Shown one piece after another: positions 1 through 9,298 of a stretch of DNA of 35,030 bases. The DNA comes from Bacteroidales bacterium (GTDB lineage: Bacteria > Bacteroidota > Bacteroidia > Bacteroidales > UBA7960). The stretch lies in NCBI GenBank assembly GCA_046484145.1, contig JAWOBS010000036.1:1-35030 (forward strand), in the 5' to 3' direction. Numbering within the stretch: the stretch's first letter is position 1; each line of letters begins with the position of its first letter. Position numbers and translations under genes: made by a program. Below the pieces are notes generated by a model. That model had not been told where the DNA came from. It saw only the letters and a list, made by a program, of their open reading frames with translations, and searched no databases.

Positions 1-510
1 TGCGACCCAAGCCATATCGCCGGTAATAAAGATCTGATTTTACAAATATGCCAACATGCAATTGACCTTGATATGGATGGGTTTATGGTGGAAACACATT
101 ATAATCCGGAAAAAGCTCTAACAGACGCCAGACAGCAAATAACCCCAAAAGCTCTTAGCGAATTGTGGGATAAGCTGGAGTTTAAATCTCAATTTGTGGA
201 AAAGCCTTTACAGATGCAAAGAATTGAAATGATGCGAGATGAAATTGATTCTATAGACCATCATATACTTGAGCTTCTCGCTAAAAGGATGGATGTTGTT
301 AAAGATATTGGCTTGCTGAAACAGAAACAAAAAATAACTATTTTGCAAATTAAGCGCTGGAATAATATTTTTGAAAACAGATTAGCTTTTGGAAAAAAAC
401 TTGGCATAGAAAGTGGGTTCCTTAAAAAACTTCTTCAGGCTTTACACCAGGAATCAATCAGAATTCAAAGAGACCTTGAGCAAAAAACAAAAAACAAAAA
501 TAAACAGTAA
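1..510 (+). CDS. DAHP (3-deoxy-7-phosphoheptulonate) synthase type I-beta fused to a C-terminal chorismate mutase type II; 5' end truncated by the window edge
   Basis: Frame 1 is open from nt 1 (CDPSHIAGNKDLILQICQHAIDLDMDGFMVETHYNPEKAL; CDPSH is the KdsA/DAHPS I-beta motif). An AroQ-type chorismate mutase segment follows (MMRDEIDSIDHHILELLAKRMDVVKDIGLLK...HQESIRIQ). Stop at 508-510. The ORF-track ATG at 73 is internal. Confidence 0.8.
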   Translation, partial: CDPSHIAGNKDLILQICQHAIDLDMDGFMVETHYNPEKALTDARQQITPKALSELWDKLEFKSQFVEKPLQMQRIEMMRDEIDSIDHHILELLAKRMDVVKDIGLLKQKQKITILQIKRWNNIFENRLAFGKKLGIESGFLKKLLQALHQESIRIQRDLEQKTKNKNKQ

Positions 511-523
511 TATTTTAATCTTT

Positions 524-1582
524 ATGACAAAAAAAGACAGCAGTAAAAGTACAATAACAAATATTGAGGAAGTTGGCGAATTTGGCCTAATAGATAAGCT
601 TACCGAAGATTTTAAAACTGTTAATAAATCTACTGTCAAAGCTGTTGGTGACGATACTGCAGTTATTGAAAGTGGAGATAATTATACTTTGATTACGAAA
701 GACCTCCTGGTAGAAGGAGTTCATTTTGACATATCTTACACTCCTTTAAAACATCTTGGTTATAAATCTGTTGTTGTGAATTTATCTGATATTTATTCAA
801 TGAATGGCACTCCTTCGCAAATTGTTGTTGGGATAGCTGTTTCAAGCAGATACAGTGTTGAAGCCCTGAAGGAGATTTATAGCGGAATTAAACTGGCATG
901 TGAAAAGTATAAGGTAGATTTGGTTGGTGGTGATACATGCTCGTCTCAGGCCGGTCTGTTTATTTCGGTTACAGCCGTTGGCCATGTTGAAAAAAGTAAG
1001 ATTACATATAGAAAAGGAGCGAAACAAAATGACCTGATTTGTGTTAGTGGCGACCTTGGAGCAGCTTATGCCGGACTGTTAATTCTTAAAAGAGAAAAAG
1101 AGGTTTTTAAAGTGAATCCTAATGCACAGCCTGATATCTCTAAATATTCCTATGTGCTTGAAAGACAATTAAAGCCTGAAGCAGGGGAGCATATTATCAA
1201 TATTTTAAAGGAACTGGATATTATGCCAACATCCATGATAGATGTTTCTGACGGACTGGCATCCGAAGTAATGCATATTTGTGAAAACTCTAAAACAGGT
1301 GCGCAATTGTTTGAAGAAAAGATTCCAATTGACCCTGAAACTATTGCTGTTGCAGATGAGTTTGATATTAATCCTACAACATTTGCCCTAAATGGTGGAG
1401 AAGATTATGAGTTGCTTTTTACTATTTCACAAAAAGATTATGAAAAAATTGATATTAAATCCCACATAAAAACCATAGGATATATCACTGATGCATCTGA
1501 AGGTGTTAGTGTAGTTACAAATGCCGGACAGCAGGTGCCACTGAAAGCACAAGGCTGGGATGCATTTAAATCTGGAAAATAA
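524..1582 (+). CDS. thiL: thiamine-monophosphate kinase
   Basis: PurM/AIR-synthase-like ThiL motifs: GEFGLIDKL, AVGDDTAV, LLVEGVHFD, LGYKSVVVNLSDIYSMNG, DLVGGDT, IDVSDGLASE, NGGEDYELLFT. The ORF-track start at 413 is a GTG inside the upstream gene. The ATG at 524 (MTKKDSS...) lies 14 nt after the upstream stop and is the likely start. Confidence 0.85.
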   Translation: MTKKDSSKSTITNIEEVGEFGLIDKLTEDFKTVNKSTVKAVGDDTAVIESGDNYTLITKDLLVEGVHFDISYTPLKHLGYKSVVVNLSDIYSMNGTPSQIVVGIAVSSRYSVEALKEIYSGIKLACEKYKVDLVGGDTCSSQAGLFISVTAVGHVEKSKITYRKGAKQNDLICVSGDLGAAYAGLLILKREKEVFKVNPNAQPDISKYSYVLERQLKPEAGEHIINILKELDIMPTSMIDVSDGLASEVMHICENSKTGAQLFEEKIPIDPETIAVADEFDINPTTFALNGGEDYELLFTISQKDYEKIDIKSHIKTIGYITDASEGVSVVTNAGQQVPLKAQGWDAFKSGK

Positions 1583-1610
1583 TTCTGTGGATGTTTAAAT
1601 ATATTTGCTA

Positions 1611-2246
1611 ATGGCCTCTAAGAAAAAATTCTACGTTGTATGGGAAGGAAAGGAACCCGGCATATTTGATTCCTGGGATAAGTGTAAGAAATCTATAGAA
1701 GGATATCAGGGCGCTAAATACAAGTCTTTCTTAACCTTAGAAAAGGCCAAAGAAGCTTTTAATGGGAATCCTGCTGAATATATAGGGAAAGACATCCATG
1801 AGTCAGAATTAAGCCCTGAAGAGCTAAAAAGGATAGGAAAGCCAATTCTGAAAAGTATATGTGTGGATGCTGCCTGCAGCGGTGCCCCGGGCAAGATGGA
1901 GTATCAGGGTGTTTTTAATTTTGAAAATGTATTGCTTTTTCGCAATGGGCCATTTGAAGACGGGACAGCAAATGTTGGTGAATTTCTTGCAATCGTTCAT
2001 GCTTTAGCTTGGTGCAAAAAAAGAAATATTAATTACCCTATATATTCTGATAGCAAGATTGCTATAAAATGGGTTTTAGATAAAAAAGCCAAAACGAAAC
2101 TTGTTAAAAACAAGAAGAACGAAAAACTTTTTGATCTTATAGAAAGAGCCGAAAACTGGCTTAAGAATAATACATGGGACAATGCTTTGCTGAAATGGGA
2201 AACAAAGGCATGGGGCGAAATTCCGGCTGATTTTGGTAGAAAATAA
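1611..2246 (+). CDS. rnhA: ribonuclease H1 with an N-terminal hybrid-binding (Cauli_VI/dsRHbd-like) domain
   Basis: The N-terminus KKFYVVWEGKEPGIFDSWDKCKKSIEGYQGAKYKSFLTLEKAKEAF is the RNase H1 hybrid-binding domain. The catalytic core has DEDD candidates (ICVDAAC, NVGEFLAIVHAL, IYSDSKIAI, EIPADFGRK), as in Bacillus halodurans-type RNase H1. The ORF-track start at 1605 is TTG; the first ATG is at 1611. Confidence 0.8.
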   Translation: MASKKKFYVVWEGKEPGIFDSWDKCKKSIEGYQGAKYKSFLTLEKAKEAFNGNPAEYIGKDIHESELSPEELKRIGKPILKSICVDAACSGAPGKMEYQGVFNFENVLLFRNGPFEDGTANVGEFLAIVHALAWCKKRNINYPIYSDSKIAIKWVLDKKAKTKLVKNKKNEKLFDLIERAENWLKNNTWDNALLKWETKAWGEIPADFGRK

Positions 2247-2289
2247 TATTGTTTTATAATATAGCGTTTTAGAATAAATATTATCATAA

Positions 2290-4887
2290 ATGGCTTCAAA
2301 CTTTAATCATAAGCTTTCTTTGGTTTGGCAGTTTATAAGGCTCGCCCTGGTATCCGGTTTGGTATTTATACTGGTTGTCGTTGTAGCATTATCTGTGCTA
2401 ACTTATGTTTATCGTGACAATATTAAAGAGGTTTTTGTAAAAGAACTAATTAATAAGCTTGAAAGTGAAACGCATATTGAAGATGTTAGTGTAAATCTTT
2501 TTCGCAGCTTCCCCAAAGCATCAGTTACACTTAATAATGTAGTCATGATGGAAGCTGTTGATAAAGCTGAAAAAGACACACTGTTGTCTGCGCGTAGAGT
2601 GCACTTTCAGTTTAGCATTATGGATCTTATCAGGAAAGAATATAATATTAAACAAATGGAAGTTGTTCTGGCTGATTTTAATCCTGTGATATTTAAAGAC
2701 GGGTCTGTAAACTATATGGTTTGGAAAAGTAATGGAGGCGAAGAAGCAGGACAGGATTTTGTTTTTGATTTTGAAAAGTTTAGTATGAAAAGGGTAAATG
2801 TACATTTCTCAGATCATAAAAAGAATATTTTTCTTGATTTTATGGCAGAAGAAGCCATGCTTAGTGGCCATTTTTCAGCTTCTGATTACACTTTGAATAT
2901 TAATGGTGACTTTTTTGCAGATGAAATAAAAATCGATAACACTGAATTTCTTAAAAAACAAAATACTTCTATTGACCTCACTCTGAATGTAAAAAACAAT
3001 GAGATGTTTTCCCTGGAAGCAGGTGCAATAGATATTAATTCCCATAAGTTTAATGTGTCAGGAGAGATTGATTTAAGCGGTGAAGATATGTTTCTTGATC
3101 TGGCTCTTGCAGGTAAAAGGATTGATCTTGATAATCTTTTAATGGATATGCCCCGATCTTTTAGTTCTTTTTTTGATGGATATAAAATAAAAGGTCAAAT
3201 GTTTTTCAATGCCAGCATTTCAGGAACTTACTCCTCTGTTGTAAATCCTTTTATAAGAGCCGAGTTTGGCCTTCAGAATGGAGAAGTGAGCGACAGGAAA
3301 ACAGGCGTGCAAATGAAAGACTTAAGTTTTGCCGGGAAATTTAATAACGGAAGATATAGGAAGTTGAAATCTTCTGCTCTGGCATTGACAGATTTTTATA
3401 CCGACCTGAATAATGGATTTCTTGAAGGGGATTTAAAAATTTACAATTTTGATATTCCTAATATAGAATTAAACCTTAATTCTGATATAACACTTTCTGA
3501 CCTGATGAACTTTTTAAAAATAGAAAAAGTGAAAAATGCTGAGGGTAAATTAAACCTAAAGTTGGATTTTATTGGAAGGATTAGTGATGGAAAGAAATTT
3601 CGACCCAATGATTTTATTTCCAGTACTGCAATAGGAAAAGTAAATTTTGATGGTGTAAGTTTTAAGCTTTTGAATGATCCAAAAGATTATAATAGTTTCT
3701 CCGGCAACTTATTATTTAACAATAATGACCTTATTGTAGAAAACTTAGCAGGTAAAGTAAGTTCCAGCGATTTTAGCGTTGTAGGATATTTGAAAAATTT
3801 CTTGTCTTATTTGTTTTTTGATGATCAGAATCTTGCTGTAAATGCACGCTTTAATGCTGAACATCTTAATTTTAATGAACTGCTTCAGCATAATGTTGCA
3901 GGTTCTGACACAACATATAAGCTTAGCTTCTCTGACCGCCTGAGTTTTACTATGAATGCTAATGTTGAAAATCTTGTTTTTAATAAATTTGAAGCTTTTG
4001 ATGTTAATGGCTCTGTTTATTTAAGGAATAAATCTTTTATGGCTGATAAAGTTAATTTCAAAACTATGGATGGAAAGGTAGAAATGTCAGGTAATATTGA
4101 TGGTACTGATCCTGATGTTCTAAAAATTAATAGCTACGCCGATGTTGAAAATGTTGAGATAAGGCAATTATTTTACCAATTGGAGAATTTTGGACAGACA
4201 GCCATAGTTGATAAACATTTAAAAGGAAAGCTAAATTCTAATGTGCAATTCTCTGCTAACTGGTCACCATACCTTGAAATAGACTGGGGTAGCCTTGTGT
4301 CAGATGCTCACCTTGTTGTTGAAAATGGTGAGTTAATAGATTTTAAACCTATCCTTGAGCTTTCACGTTTTTTAAAGATTGGCGACTTGCATCATATTAA
4401 TTTTTCAACACTTGAAAATAATATTACCATAAAGAATCAAACTGTTTTTATTCCATTTATGGAAATCAATTCAAGTGCTATAGATATAAAATTGTCAGGT
4501 GAGCATTATTTTAATAATGAGATAGATTATCGCTTACAGGTTGCACTTTCGGATATTTTGGCAAGCCGTAGCCGGCAAAATCGGAATCCGCAAGAGAAAT
4601 ACGGAGAGATTATTGATGACGGACATAGCCGGACTTTGTTTCTCCTGCTAACCGGAACCATTGATGATCCCATTTTTAAGTATGATACAAAAAGTGCATT
4701 GCAAAAGTTCCGTGACGACTTACGAAAAGAGAGCAAAAACCTTAAAGAGATCTTCAAAAAAGAATTCGGAATATCTCCCGTGGATACTTTAGAGGAGGTA
4801 AAGACGGAAGAGGAAATCAAGAAAATAAAAGAACGTGAGGAGATAAAAAAAGGCGAAGAAGGTGATTTTATTATTGAGTGGGATTAG
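2290..4887 (+). CDS. AsmA-family (AsmA/TamB-like) envelope protein
   Basis: 865 aa. A single N-terminal TM anchor (LALVSGLVFILVVVVALSVLTYV) is followed by about 800 aa of Asn/Asp/Phe/Ser-rich, beta-type sequence and a Lys/Glu-rich C-terminal tail. The family call rests on architecture and overall resemblance, not on a catalytic motif. Confidence 0.55.
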   Translation: MASNFNHKLSLVWQFIRLALVSGLVFILVVVVALSVLTYVYRDNIKEVFVKELINKLESETHIEDVSVNLFRSFPKASVTLNNVVMMEAVDKAEKDTLLSARRVHFQFSIMDLIRKEYNIKQMEVVLADFNPVIFKDGSVNYMVWKSNGGEEAGQDFVFDFEKFSMKRVNVHFSDHKKNIFLDFMAEEAMLSGHFSASDYTLNINGDFFADEIKIDNTEFLKKQNTSIDLTLNVKNNEMFSLEAGAIDINSHKFNVSGEIDLSGEDMFLDLALAGKRIDLDNLLMDMPRSFSSFFDGYKIKGQMFFNASISGTYSSVVNPFIRAEFGLQNGEVSDRKTGVQMKDLSFAGKFNNGRYRKLKSSALALTDFYTDLNNGFLEGDLKIYNFDIPNIELNLNSDITLSDLMNFLKIEKVKNAEGKLNLKLDFIGRISDGKKFRPNDFISSTAIGKVNFDGVSFKLLNDPKDYNSFSGNLLFNNNDLIVENLAGKVSSSDFSVVGYLKNFLSYLFFDDQNLAVNARFNAEHLNFNELLQHNVAGSDTTYKLSFSDRLSFTMNANVENLVFNKFEAFDVNGSVYLRNKSFMADKVNFKTMDGKVEMSGNIDGTDPDVLKINSYADVENVEIRQLFYQLENFGQTAIVDKHLKGKLNSNVQFSANWSPYLEIDWGSLVSDAHLVVENGELIDFKPILELSRFLKIGDLHHINFSTLENNITIKNQTVFIPFMEINSSAIDIKLSGEHYFNNEIDYRLQVALSDILASRSRQNRNPQEKYGEIIDDGHSRTLFLLLTGTIDDPIFKYDTKSALQKFRDDLRKESKNLKEIFKKEFGISPVDTLEEVKTEEEIKKIKEREEIKKGEEGDFIIEWD

Positions 4888-4893
4888 AAGGTA

Positions 4894-4920
4894 TAAAAAA
4901 AGCCGCTCAAAAAAGCGGCT
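4894..4920 (-). terminator. Rho-independent terminator of the V-ATPase operon
   Basis: 7-bp GC-rich stem AGCCGCT (4901-4907) / AGCGGCT (4914-4920) with loop CAAAAA. On the minus strand the hairpin is followed by TTTTTTATAC (complement of the 4895-4900 A-run). It lies 71 nt downstream of the atpK stop. On the plus strand it is followed by TAAAAAG, so it is a poor terminator for the AsmA-like gene. Confidence 0.75.
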
Positions 4921-4990
4921 TAAAAAGATTGTAGGCGAAAGTATATAATTCACCCTGCGGATTATTTTCCCGGCTGTTAAACTTTTAATA

Positions 4991-5452
<462 letters not shown>

Positions 5453-5463
5453 TTAGTGAGACT

Positions 5464-7287
5464 TTAAGTTAATTTTCTAAATGGATTATATTTTTTACCT
5501 CCACCGGAAAAACCGGCATTCTTATAAAATTCTACAAATGTTAAACGTATCGGGTGCACAAAAGAGCCTAAGCCCGACATGAAAATGTTTATCGCATGGC
5601 CTATTACCAATATGATAATCATTATAATTATATTCAAAACGGGTATGCTTCCGCTCATCTCTAATGCAAGACTGTTAAATACATATCCCATAATTGCACT
5701 TGAAATACCTAATGCAAACAACCTGATGTATGAAAGCATGTCGCCTAACAATCCTGTTACCATATTATAAACACCCCACAAGCCAACTCCGAAATTCATA
5801 AAGATATTTCTTTTAAGGTTGTTTAAGAACAGGATAAATATGCCGCTAACTCCTAATAATATGTAAATCTCAGTCATTAAAGAATCCATAGGGATGCCTT
5901 TGAAGTAACTGATTAAGTAAATTACAACAAGGCCAACCAACAATAATACCCATCCCATTGTGCCAACAGCATAACTGATACCCATTTGTTTTATCTCGTT
6001 AAAGATTTTAATAACAAGGCCAAATAATATTTGGGTACCACCAAGTATCAATGACAGATTAAATAACAGGTCGTTTATGCTTGTGTTATTTTTATTAAAA
6101 ATCACTGCCAGATCTCGGTATACCGGCAGGTTGGTCTCATAAAGTGGAATACCAAAGAATGTACCTCCAATAATACCAAATAATATTGTTGCCAAACCCA
6201 GGTAAAATACCAGGCTCATAACTTGCTTAAGCTCTTTTTGAACTTTTTTCTTTGCAAATAGCGCTGCTATTGCCATTAATACACCATAACCGGCATCACC
6301 AAGGCAAAAACCGAAAAACAGCATATAAAAAGGAGCAAAGAAAGGAACCAGGTCTAATTCATTATATTTTGGCAACGAATAAAGCTCTCCCAGTACTTCG
6401 AATTTCCTTGAAAACTTTTTATTCTTTAAAAGAATTGGAACCTTGTTGATTTCCTCATCTTTGGGCTTTTCACTCAAATAAAGGATATTGTTTTTATCAA
6501 GGTATTTTTCAAGCTCTTCACTTCTGTGCTCGGGAGCCCAGCCTTCAAGTATCATTACTTTGTTGTCGGCTTCCTTGTCTGTGTTTTCAAGAGCTTTTTT
6601 ATAATCAGTTTCTTCTATAACTTTTAAAAAGTATTTATTTATTGCCTCTAAACTTTCAGCAGCATGCATTTCAATTTTGTTCTCAATAGACTTAATGTCT
6701 TTTTCTAATTCTTCTTTATAAAAGTATAACTCTGACAAGGGGCGTTCGGGAATTCTCATTTCTTCCGCTTCCAGCTCAATTTCTTCTCCTTCTTTATGTA
6801 TAAGTGCAAAGTAGATCAATCCTGCATGCTTGCTGATACTTTGTATAGGATATTTATTCTCCCATTCCGGATTGAATTTTTTTTGTGAAACTGAGTAGAG
6901 TTTTAATTTTAAGCCATTCTCTTCAAGTTTTTTTATAGTCTCAACATTGAAGTCACCCCAGGGTATATTATTATAAATCTCCTTTTTTAAAGCACTTAAC
7001 TGCTGGTGTTTTGTTTCAAGGTCGGCTGTTAATTGCGTTACTTCTTCGAAGGCTTCTTTGCCGTCAATTTCCTTGTCAACTTTTATCGGCAGAATTTCTT
7101 TTTTAATTAAAAGACGCATCACAGAATCAATTTGCCTTATAAGGTCAAATTTTTCACTTATTTCATCAGATACATCTTTTTGTTTTTCATTAATATGCAC
7201 AACTCCAAGGTCACGAAGGTCATCGAGAAATGACTCGTACACTTTATGGTAAACAAGGAAAGAATATTTTTTCATTGGTACTATCAT
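5464..7287 (-). CDS. atpI: V-type ATPase subunit I (a-subunit, stator/ion channel)
   Basis: 607 aa. The N-terminal half is soluble and coiled-coil-rich; the C-terminal half is polytopic membrane and carries the essential-Arg motif MLSYIRLFALG. Its start overlaps the atpD stop (ATGA). Confidence 0.9.
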   Translation of the reverse strand: MIVPMKKYSFLVYHKVYESFLDDLRDLGVVHINEKQKDVSDEISEKFDLIRQIDSVMRLLIKKEILPIKVDKEIDGKEAFEEVTQLTADLETKHQQLSALKKEIYNNIPWGDFNVETIKKLEENGLKLKLYSVSQKKFNPEWENKYPIQSISKHAGLIYFALIHKEGEEIELEAEEMRIPERPLSELYFYKEELEKDIKSIENKIEMHAAESLEAINKYFLKVIEETDYKKALENTDKEADNKVMILEGWAPEHRSEELEKYLDKNNILYLSEKPKDEEINKVPILLKNKKFSRKFEVLGELYSLPKYNELDLVPFFAPFYMLFFGFCLGDAGYGVLMAIAALFAKKKVQKELKQVMSLVFYLGLATILFGIIGGTFFGIPLYETNLPVYRDLAVIFNKNNTSINDLLFNLSLILGGTQILFGLVIKIFNEIKQMGISYAVGTMGWVLLLVGLVVIYLISYFKGIPMDSLMTEIYILLGVSGIFILFLNNLKRNIFMNFGVGLWGVYNMVTGLLGDMLSYIRLFALGISSAIMGYVFNSLALEMSGSIPVLNIIIMIIILVIGHAINIFMSGLGSFVHPIRLTFVEFYKNAGFSGGGKKYNPFRKLT

Positions 7288-7886
7288 GCGCTTTCCTCCA
7301 TTTCCTGTAATCTGTTTTTTACAATTTTTTGCGCAGCTTTTGAAAGATTTTCTTCATCTTCCAGGTAGCGTTTAATCTTCAATATAGCCTCTTCAAAACC
7401 CGGTATTTGAACTTTTTCGTAAAGGTTTACCTTCTGTGTTGTTTTTTTTCTTGCATGCTCCAGCAATTGCATTTTCTGGTTATATACTTCTCTTTCTATT
7501 GCTATACGCGCCAACTCTTTAACGATATTGACACCATCAAGATACCAGCCGGGTTTGTTGAATATACTAAATTCTTTAATTGAAAACACAATATCTTCTA
7601 AAATAGGCGTTTTAACCCCTGCTATTTTTTTAATAGACAACTCTACATCGTCAATGCTAACAAGCTCATTATCAAACTCATCCCAAAGTTCTGTGGCATG
7701 CTGATACTCCTTCAGCTTTTTTTCAAGCTTTTCGTCAAACTCTTCAGCAACTTCCTTTGCTTTTTTTACTTCACTCCTTAGTGCTGCTTCTTTATTTTTC
7801 AGGGTTGGCAGTGCCTTTTCCCTTACCTGAAGCTGCTTCTTTAATCGCTGAAGATATGTTTTATTATATTGAAACTTAATAGCCAT
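7284..7886 (-). CDS. atpD: V-type ATPase subunit D (central stalk)
   Basis: 200 aa, charged and coiled-coil (LQRLKKQLQVREKALPTLKNKEAALRSEV...). It sits between the B and I genes, as in V/A-type operons. Confidence 0.85.
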   Translation of the reverse strand: MAIKFQYNKTYLQRLKKQLQVREKALPTLKNKEAALRSEVKKAKEVAEEFDEKLEKKLKEYQHATELWDEFDNELVSIDDVELSIKKIAGVKTPILEDIVFSIKEFSIFNKPGWYLDGVNIVKELARIAIEREVYNQKMQLLEHARKKTTQKVNLYEKVQIPGFEEAILKIKRYLEDEENLSKAAQKIVKNRLQEMEESA

Positions 7887-7922
7887 ATGTCAAATAATGA
7901 TTTTGAATAAACAATCGGCAAA

Positions 7923-9260
7923 TTAGCTCTTGTCTTTTTCTTTCTTCCAGTACTTGTCAACAAATTCCTGCCTGATGCCAACTTCAGCGGGTTTAAAATG
8001 CTCGCTGAAAAGTTCGTATGCAATGTCAAGCATAGTATCGGTGTCAATATTAACGTCAATGGCAAGCAGTTTTTCGGAATAAGCTTTTGCAAAATCCAAA
8101 GTACGTTCGTCATAATCAGACAGGTCGAAGCCGTTTTCCAGTTTTGTTTTAGCATTGGCAGCATCGGCATATAGCCTGACAGCAGCATTCATCACCTGTG
8201 GGTGGTCTTCACGAGTTTTCTTACCAATAACAAGCTGTTTCAGACGTGACAAGCTTCTGAATGGGTCAACAATAACTTTACCAATATCACTGTCTTTACG
8301 AAGGAATAGCTGGCCTTCCGTGATATAACCGGTATTGTCAGGCACAGCATGTGTGATATCACCACCGGATAATGTAGTAACGGCAATAATAGTTATAGAT
8401 CCGCCATCCGGAAGCTGAACAGCTTTTTCGTATAAGCGGGCAAGGTCTGAATATAAAGACCCCGGCATACTGTCTTTAGAAGGAATCTGGTCCATCCTGT
8501 TTGATACAATACTTAAAGCATCAGCATAAAGCGTCATGTCTGTCAGCAGTACCAGTATTTTTTCATTTTTATCAACAGCAAAATATTCAGCAGCAGCAAG
8601 TGCCATATCAGGCACCAATAATCTTTCTACCGGAGGGTCTTCTGTAGTATTAATAAAGCCAACGATACGGTCGAGAGCTCCTGCGTTGTCAAATACATTT
8701 TTAAAATACAGGTAATCATCATTAGTAAGCCCCATGCCGGCCAGGATAATTTTGTCAGCTTTTGCACGCAAAGCAACCATAGCCATGACCTGGTTAAAAG
8801 GCTGGTCAGGGTCGGCAAAAAATGGTATCTTTTGTCCTGTAACCAGTGGATTGTTAAGGTCAATACCTGCTATACCTGTTGCAATAAACTCTGAAGGTTG
8901 CATACGCCTGACAGGGTTAACACTTGGGCCACCAATCTCACGTTCTTCACCCATGATCTGGCTACCATCAATCGGCTCACCATAAGCATTGAAAAATCTG
9001 CCGGCAAGATCTTCACCCACTTTTAAACTGGGTGCCTTCCCCGAAAATATTACTTCCGCATTTGTTGCAATACCTTCTGTACCACCAAATATTTGGAGAG
9101 TAACAATGTCGTCAATGATCTTAACTACCTGGGCTAAACGTCCATCCACAATAGCCAGCTCATCATAACCAATGCCGCTCGCATGCAGAGAAACTGTAGC
9201 TTTTGTAAGCTGAAACAGTTTAGTGTATATGCGTTGAAATGCTTTTGTTTCCTTTTCCAT
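7923..9260 (-). CDS. atpB: V-type ATPase subunit B (non-catalytic)
   Basis: 445 aa with strong collinearity to V/A-type B subunits (GQKIPFFADPDQP, LTDMTLYADALSIVS, PGSLYSDLARLYEKA, ITEGQLFL). Confidence 0.95.
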   Translation of the reverse strand: MEKETKAFQRIYTKLFQLTKATVSLHASGIGYDELAIVDGRLAQVVKIIDDIVTLQIFGGTEGIATNAEVIFSGKAPSLKVGEDLAGRFFNAYGEPIDGSQIMGEEREIGGPSVNPVRRMQPSEFIATGIAGIDLNNPLVTGQKIPFFADPDQPFNQVMAMVALRAKADKIILAGMGLTNDDYLYFKNVFDNAGALDRIVGFINTTEDPPVERLLVPDMALAAAEYFAVDKNEKILVLLTDMTLYADALSIVSNRMDQIPSKDSMPGSLYSDLARLYEKAVQLPDGGSITIIAVTTLSGGDITHAVPDNTGYITEGQLFLRKDSDIGKVIVDPFRSLSRLKQLVIGKKTREDHPQVMNAAVRLYADAANAKTKLENGFDLSDYDERTLDFAKAYSEKLLAIDVNIDTDTMLDIAYELFSEHFKPAEVGIRQEFVDKYWKKEKDKS

Positions 9261-9298
9261 TATTCAGTTATCTTTTCCCGGTTTTTATTATTTTATTA

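Noticed and set aside
413-523. GTG-initiated 37-codon N-terminal extension of the thiL ORF, overlapping the end of the DAHPS-CM gene.
   Set aside because: The extension (MGSLKNFFRLYTRNQSEFKETLSKKQKTKINSNILIF) overlaps the upstream gene by about 100 nt and has no ThiL similarity. The ATG at 524, just after the upstream stop, gives a normal ThiL N-terminus.
7841-8188. 115-aa minus-strand ORF spanning the atpB 3' end and the atpD start.
   Set aside because: It is in a different frame from two strongly supported genes, and its composition looks like an out-of-frame translation.
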